The notes under the pieces are model-generated. The model saw only the letters and a list, made by a program, of their open reading frames with translations, had not been told where the DNA came from and did not search any database. From positions 826,722 through 890,721 of the forward strand of contig JBFWVE010000001.1 in assembly GCA_050246895.1 (NCBI GenBank): DNA of 64,000 nt, given 5' to 3'. A program made the translations under genes and the position numbers. The stretch comes from Vicinamibacteria bacterium (GTDB lineage: Bacteria; Acidobacteriota; Vicinamibacteria; Fen-336). This document shows positions 60,082 to 64,000 of the stretch, piece by piece (the stretch's first letter is position 1; each line of letters starts with the position of its first letter).

Positions 60082-61806
60082 TCAGGGCACTTCGAAATCT
60101 ACCGTCGCGGTGGCGAGCTTGCCCCCGCTGTGACGGGCGACGACCGAGATCTGGTAGCGGCCCTTCTTGGGCGCCGGAACCTGGTTGGCGATCTCGACGC
60201 TCTCGCGCGTGCGCAGGTCCGCGTAGCGGTCTCCGGGCAGCTTCATCGCGATCGACTTGGAGAAGAGATACCGCTCGCCCACCGTCTTGCCCTGCTCGTC
60301 GCGCAGCAGCGCCTGGACCGCGATTTCGTTGAGGTACTGCCCGCCCTCGGCGTGGAAGGCGAGGATGTTCGTCGGCAGCATCACGGCCACGTTGAGCTTG
60401 CCGGCCTCGAGCCAGGGATCGATCCCCAGGCCCTCGGCGGCGTAGAGATCCGGGAAGCGCAGCGCGGCGGCGAGCGCGCGCTCGGAGCGCTTCTGCTCGC
60501 TCACCCATTCGTAGCCGCGGCGGTACCGCAGGTTGAGCCCCGGCCGCGAGACTTTCAGCTCGATCGGGTAGAAGCGCCCCTCCTTGCGCCCGCCGGGCGG
60601 CGCATAGCCGATCAGGTAGTAGCCGCTCGCGTCCCTGGCGGCGGCCTGCATGCCGCGCGTCATGTCGTTCGTGTTGATCGAGGCCGTGCCGCCCGTGCCG
60701 TCCGCGATCGAGTAGAGGATCTCCTGGGGCTCGCGCACGGCGCGCTGCTGGATCTGCTGGGCGTTGCCGAGGCGGATCAGGCGGCTCGGGACGCGCTGGG
60801 ACCCGGGCACCGCGTCGCCGACCAGGCCGCGCGCGTCGACCGTGTACACGGACACCTGCGAGCGATTCGCCTCGTCGATCAGCGCGCGCAGCAGGCCCGT
60901 GGAATCGAGCTGCGCCCCGACCCGCAGGGCCGTGTGCGCCTCGGAGGGACCGGCCTGCATCGCCGAGCGGCCGGAGCCCTGCGCGGAGCCGCTGCCGCAG
61001 AGCGCCTCCACGACCGAGGCCGCGATCGACTGCGGCTGCATCGGATAGCCCGACGAGTAGTAGACGACGTGCTTGCGGCCGGGGATCGGGGCCAGGTAGC
61101 GGGCCAGCGCGCCGATGCCCTCTGTCGTGGTGGTCATCCCGAGCCGGACGTCCTCGACGAAGGCGCGGGCGACGCCCGCCGCGTTCTTGTCGGCGCCCGC
61201 CGTGCCGTCGCAGATCCGCTCGACCTGGTCCACCAGGTCCGACAGGGCCGATTCCTCGCTGGTGATCGTGGGCTTGAGGGCCTCCACCGCGGCGAGGAAG
61301 CGGCCGACGTCGTCCGTGAACGGCAGGCGCACCTGCAGGCCGCGGTCGAGGCTGACGAGCATCAGCCGGGTGCCGGGCTCCAACCGGTCGCGCGCCATCG
61401 ACGCGAGGGCTTCGCGGGTGGGGACGAGCAGCTCGAGGGGCATCGTCGCCAGGTCGACGACCACCACCAGGCTCAGCGGCGAGGTGCTCACGGCCGGAGC
61501 GGCCGCCGCGGGCGTCGCCGCCTGGGCAGCCGGCGCGGTGGGGGTGGCGGACGGCGCATCGCTCTGGACGCCGGTCTCGACGAAGCGGACCAGCTCGAGG
61601 CGCTGCGGCTTGCCGTCCTCGAGCACCGTGATCTCGCCGGGGCGCAGGTCGGTCACCCGCCGCCCGTTCGAATCCGTCGCGATCAGGTCGATCAGCACCA
61701 GTTCGGCGCTGGCGCCGAACACCGGCGGCTTCTGGGGCGTCGCGGGCGGCGGAGCCAGCGTCAGGGCGAGCGCGGCGACCAGACCCGCGAGAGCAACGGA
61801 ACGCAT
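60082..61806 (-). CDS. Secreted VWA-domain protein (VWFA-related acidobacterial-type), paralog 2
   Basis: Start at the MGMRSVALAGLVAALALTLA signal peptide, with a GGAGG 8 nt upstream. The product is collinear with the upstream paralog (...LVVVVDLATMP..., ...VSVYTVDARGLVG..., ...YRRGYEWV...). Confidence 0.8.
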   Translation of the reverse strand: MRSVALAGLVAALALTLAPPPATPQKPPVFGASAELVLIDLIATDSNGRRVTDLRPGEITVLEDGKPQRLELVRFVETGVQSDAPSATPTAPAAQAATPAAAAPAVSTSPLSLVVVVDLATMPLELLVPTREALASMARDRLEPGTRLMLVSLDRGLQVRLPFTDDVGRFLAAVEALKPTITSEESALSDLVDQVERICDGTAGADKNAAGVARAFVEDVRLGMTTTTEGIGALARYLAPIPGRKHVVYYSSGYPMQPQSIAASVVEALCGSGSAQGSGRSAMQAGPSEAHTALRVGAQLDSTGLLRALIDEANRSQVSVYTVDARGLVGDAVPGSQRVPSRLIRLGNAQQIQQRAVREPQEILYSIADGTGGTASINTNDMTRGMQAAARDASGYYLIGYAPPGGRKEGRFYPIELKVSRPGLNLRYRRGYEWVSEQKRSERALAAALRFPDLYAAEGLGIDPWLEAGKLNVAVMLPTNILAFHAEGGQYLNEIAVQALLRDEQGKTVGERYLFSKSIAMKLPGDRYADLRTRESVEIANQVPAPKKGRYQISVVARHSGGKLATATVDFEVP

Positions 61807-61982
61807 GCCCATCACCTCCACGATAGACGTCGGCGCGAGCGCGCCATCCCCCGATTGTGCGCCTTGAACGCCACCCCGGCCAGCCTGCAGCAGCTTAGTC
61901 GCCCCGCGTGGCTCGCTGGTTCGGATGGCTTGATGGTCACGGTGCACTCGCGGCGTGCCGCGGCCGGCATCGGAGCGGAACG

Positions 61983-62016
61983 AAAAAAGGGGCGCCCCCG
62001 CCAACGGGAGCGCCCC
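61983..62016 (-). terminator. Rho-independent terminator of the outer-membrane receptor gene (GGGGCGCUCCCGUUGGCGGGGGCGCCCC + UUUUUU on the minus-strand RNA)
   Basis: Seen directly: a 7-bp GC stem followed by an A6 run on the plus strand (U6 in the transcript), about 50 nt after the stop at 62063. Confidence 0.7.
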
Positions 62017-62062
62017 AGAGCGACCGTGAGGCTCGCGGGCTACGCGAGCCGTCGCGGCCGGA

Positions 62063-64000
62063 CTACCAGATGAACTTCGCGCTCAACGTGATGATGCGGC
62101 GGCCCCAGTTGACGGTGTTCTGGCCGAAGCTCGCGCTCGACATATTGGCCATATTGGCGTTCATGGAGTACTGGTCCTGGTTGAAGGCGTTGAAGGCGTC
62201 CGCGCGCACGATGAGCTGACGTTCGCCCATCACGTAGAAGCGCTTCATGATGCTGAGGTCGGTGTTCCAGAAGCTCGCGGTGCGCTCGGTGTTGCGGCCG
62301 GCGCTGCCGTTGCCGAGGCCGTTGGCGAGCGGCAGGCCGTTGGTGCCGAGCGGCGCCGTGTAGCAGCCGTTGTTGGTGAAGTTCTTGTGGTCGTCGTCCC
62401 AGGTGACGCCGCAGGAGCCGTTCTGGTTCGGCCGGTCGGCGGCGTTCGTGCTGTTGCCGTTCGAGTCGACGCCGGTTCGGATCGTGAAGGGGCGGCCCGA
62501 CTGGAATGCGGTGATGCCCGAAAGCTGCCAGCCGCCCAGGACCTGCTTCAGGATGCCCGACTTCGGCCCGGGGACCTCGTAGAGGTAGTTCACCACGAAG
62601 CGGTGCGGCACGTCGAACTGCGAGACGCTCCACTCCGCGTCCACGTCGAAGTGGTCCTGCGGCTGCTGCGACGAGCCGTCGGTGCCGGTCTCGCCGAGCG
62701 AGGCGTCGTTGTTGCTCTCGAACTTGCTGTAGGTGTACGACGCGCCGAACTGCAGGCCGTGCGACATCCGCTTGTTGGCCGAGAAGTAGACGCCGTTGTA
62801 CTCGCTGCGGGCCTCGACGTCGTTGCCGCCCGGGCCGACCGTGGCCGGGATCAGGATGCGGGGGCCGAACTGCGGAAAGACGCGCCGCTGCTGCACGCTC
62901 GGGATGGCGTTCGCGTTCTGCGTCGCGGCCACGAGAGCTGCCTGCGCCGCCGTCAGCACCGAGGGGTTGGCGTAGATCTGGTTGATGCCGTTGCCGGTCT
63001 TGCTGCCGGTGTACCCGGCCTCGAGCACGAAGTCGCCCACGTCACGCCCGATCGAGAAGCTCCAGAACTTGGAATCGGGGTTCTGGGTGTCCTGCGCCGA
63101 GTTGATCCACTGGTTGAGCGGGTTGAACACCGGGCTGCCGCCTGCCTGCAGCAGGTTCGGGTAGACGTCGACGACGTTGTTGATCACGGCCGTGTTGACG
63201 CGCGGGTAGTTCGAGGCGTTGACCGTCAGCAGGTTGTAGAACAGCACGTCGTAGCCCATGCCGAAGCCGCCCCGGAAGACGGTCTTGCCGTCGCCGAGCA
63301 GCTTGTTCGTCGAGCGAGGCGACCAGTTGAAGCCGATGCGCGGCGCCCAGTTGTTGGTGTCCTTCTCCACCGGGCCCGGCACCAGGGCGGCAAGGCTGTC
63401 GGCGTCCGTCGCGCCGAACATGCCGAGCGGCACGTCCGAGATCTCGTAGCGAAGGCCGAGGTTCAGCGTCAGGTCGGGGGTGACGCGGAAGTTGTCCTGG
63501 ACGTAGAAGGCGTTCTGCCACTGATTGGCCTTCCAGCTCGAGGTCTGCAGGGCCTGCGTCAGGCTGAAGGCCGTGCTGTTCATGTAGTCCTGCAGGTTGT
63601 TGAAGAGGTACGCCCCCTTCGAGTTGAAGTCCGAGTTGTTGACGACCTTGTTGTAACGGATGTCGGCGCCGAACTTCAGCGTGTGGCGGCCCTTGGTCCA
63701 GGTCGTCGTGTTGTTGAACTGGTAGGAATCCGTGATCCGGCTCTGCGGGAAGTTCGCGGAGCCGCCGATCTGGAACAGCCCGGTGATCGTGGTGGTCGGG
63801 GTGACCGGATCGTTCTCGGGGAAGTCCAGGTCGCGCTGCACCCAGGAGAAGCGGAACTCGTTCACCACGCTCGAGCCGAAGATGTGGGTGTGGCTCGCCG
63901 CCAGGTTGGTGTCCTTGAGGTCCTGGCTGCCGCAGAACACCTCGCCGAAGTTGCAGTAGCTGATCGCGTTCTCGTCCTTGCGCTTGTTGTAGTAGTAGCG
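62063..64000 (-). CDS. TonB-dependent-receptor-like / acidobacterial-type large outer-membrane beta-barrel protein (N-terminus beyond window end)
   Basis: The Asn/Ser/Thr/Gly-rich beta-strand pattern ends ...RIITLSAKFIW with an aromatic OMP terminus. The reading frame probably extends past 64000 on the minus strand. Its lower GC reflects the amino-acid composition. Confidence 0.8.
   Translation of the reverse strand, partial: RYYYNKRKDENAISYCNFGEVFCGSQDLKDTNLAASHTHIFGSSVVNEFRFSWVQRDLDFPENDPVTPTTTITGLFQIGGSANFPQSRITDSYQFNNTTTWTKGRHTLKFGADIRYNKVVNNSDFNSKGAYLFNNLQDYMNSTAFSLTQALQTSSWKANQWQNAFYVQDNFRVTPDLTLNLGLRYEISDVPLGMFGATDADSLAALVPGPVEKDTNNWAPRIGFNWSPRSTNKLLGDGKTVFRGGFGMGYDVLFYNLLTVNASNYPRVNTAVINNVVDVYPNLLQAGGSPVFNPLNQWINSAQDTQNPDSKFWSFSIGRDVGDFVLEAGYTGSKTGNGINQIYANPSVLTAAQAALVAATQNANAIPSVQQRRVFPQFGPRILIPATVGPGGNDVEARSEYNGVYFSANKRMSHGLQFGASYTYSKFESNNDASLGETGTDGSSQQPQDHFDVDAEWSVSQFDVPHRFVVNYLYEVPGPKSGILKQVLGGWQLSGITAFQSGRPFTIRTGVDSNGNSTNAADRPNQNGSCGVTWDDDHKNFTNNGCYTAPLGTNGLPLANGLGNGSAGRNTERTASFWNTDLSIMKRFYVMGERQLIVRADAFNAFNQDQYSMNANMANMSSASFGQNTVNWGRRIITLSAKFIW

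Overview
This is a 64 kb chromosomal window at roughly 70% GC. The ORF track is therefore full of long antisense and alternative-frame ORFs, and I disregarded most of them. Several genes point to an Acidobacteriota-like Gram-negative organism: an ADOP-type double-FtsX permease, tandem proteins with the VWFA-related acidobacterial domain, an Asn/Ser-rich outer-membrane receptor, gldA/gldF/gldG-like genes, an MglA-family GTPase, and c-type cytochrome and NrfD modules. This placement is an inference; Myxococcota is not excluded.

The content is mostly housekeeping and accessory metabolism:
- FadL-like OMP with a secreted SGNH lipase, aconitase, UbiX, a 3-methyladenine glycosylase, DinB, and an Lhr-Nei repair operon.
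- Peptidases of families S15, M14 and M55.
- A gldA/F/G plus DUF4340 ABC operon and an MglA-like GTPase with a long C-terminal extension.
- A three-subunit NrfD-type quinol module: tetraheme cytochrome c, 4Fe-4S Tat subunit, NrfD.
- A compact bacterial-microcompartment (BMC) locus with one BMC-H, three BMC-P, a class II aldolase, a YHS membrane protein and a small Cys-rich protein.
- One tRNA-Gln, with a small low-GC Fic-toxin islet at its 3' side.

The most interesting hidden signal is a pair of selenoproteins that the ORF track splits. One is a Bcp-type peroxiredoxin with an in-frame UGA at the peroxidatic-Cys codon (25284-25286). The other is a two-thioredoxin-fold protein with UGA as the first residue of a UxxC motif (26556-26558). 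Each UGA is followed 10-11 nt downstream by a near-identical 7-bp GC stem with a G-U-N triloop, which looks like a bacterial SECIS. The two genes flank a GT2 (Ppm-like) and a GT39 (PMT-like) glycosyltransferase.

I also noted a recurring G/C-rich palindromic intergenic repeat with three copies, and some non-canonical overlapping start codons (GTGA, CTGA). I found no CRISPR array, rRNA, transposase or integrase.
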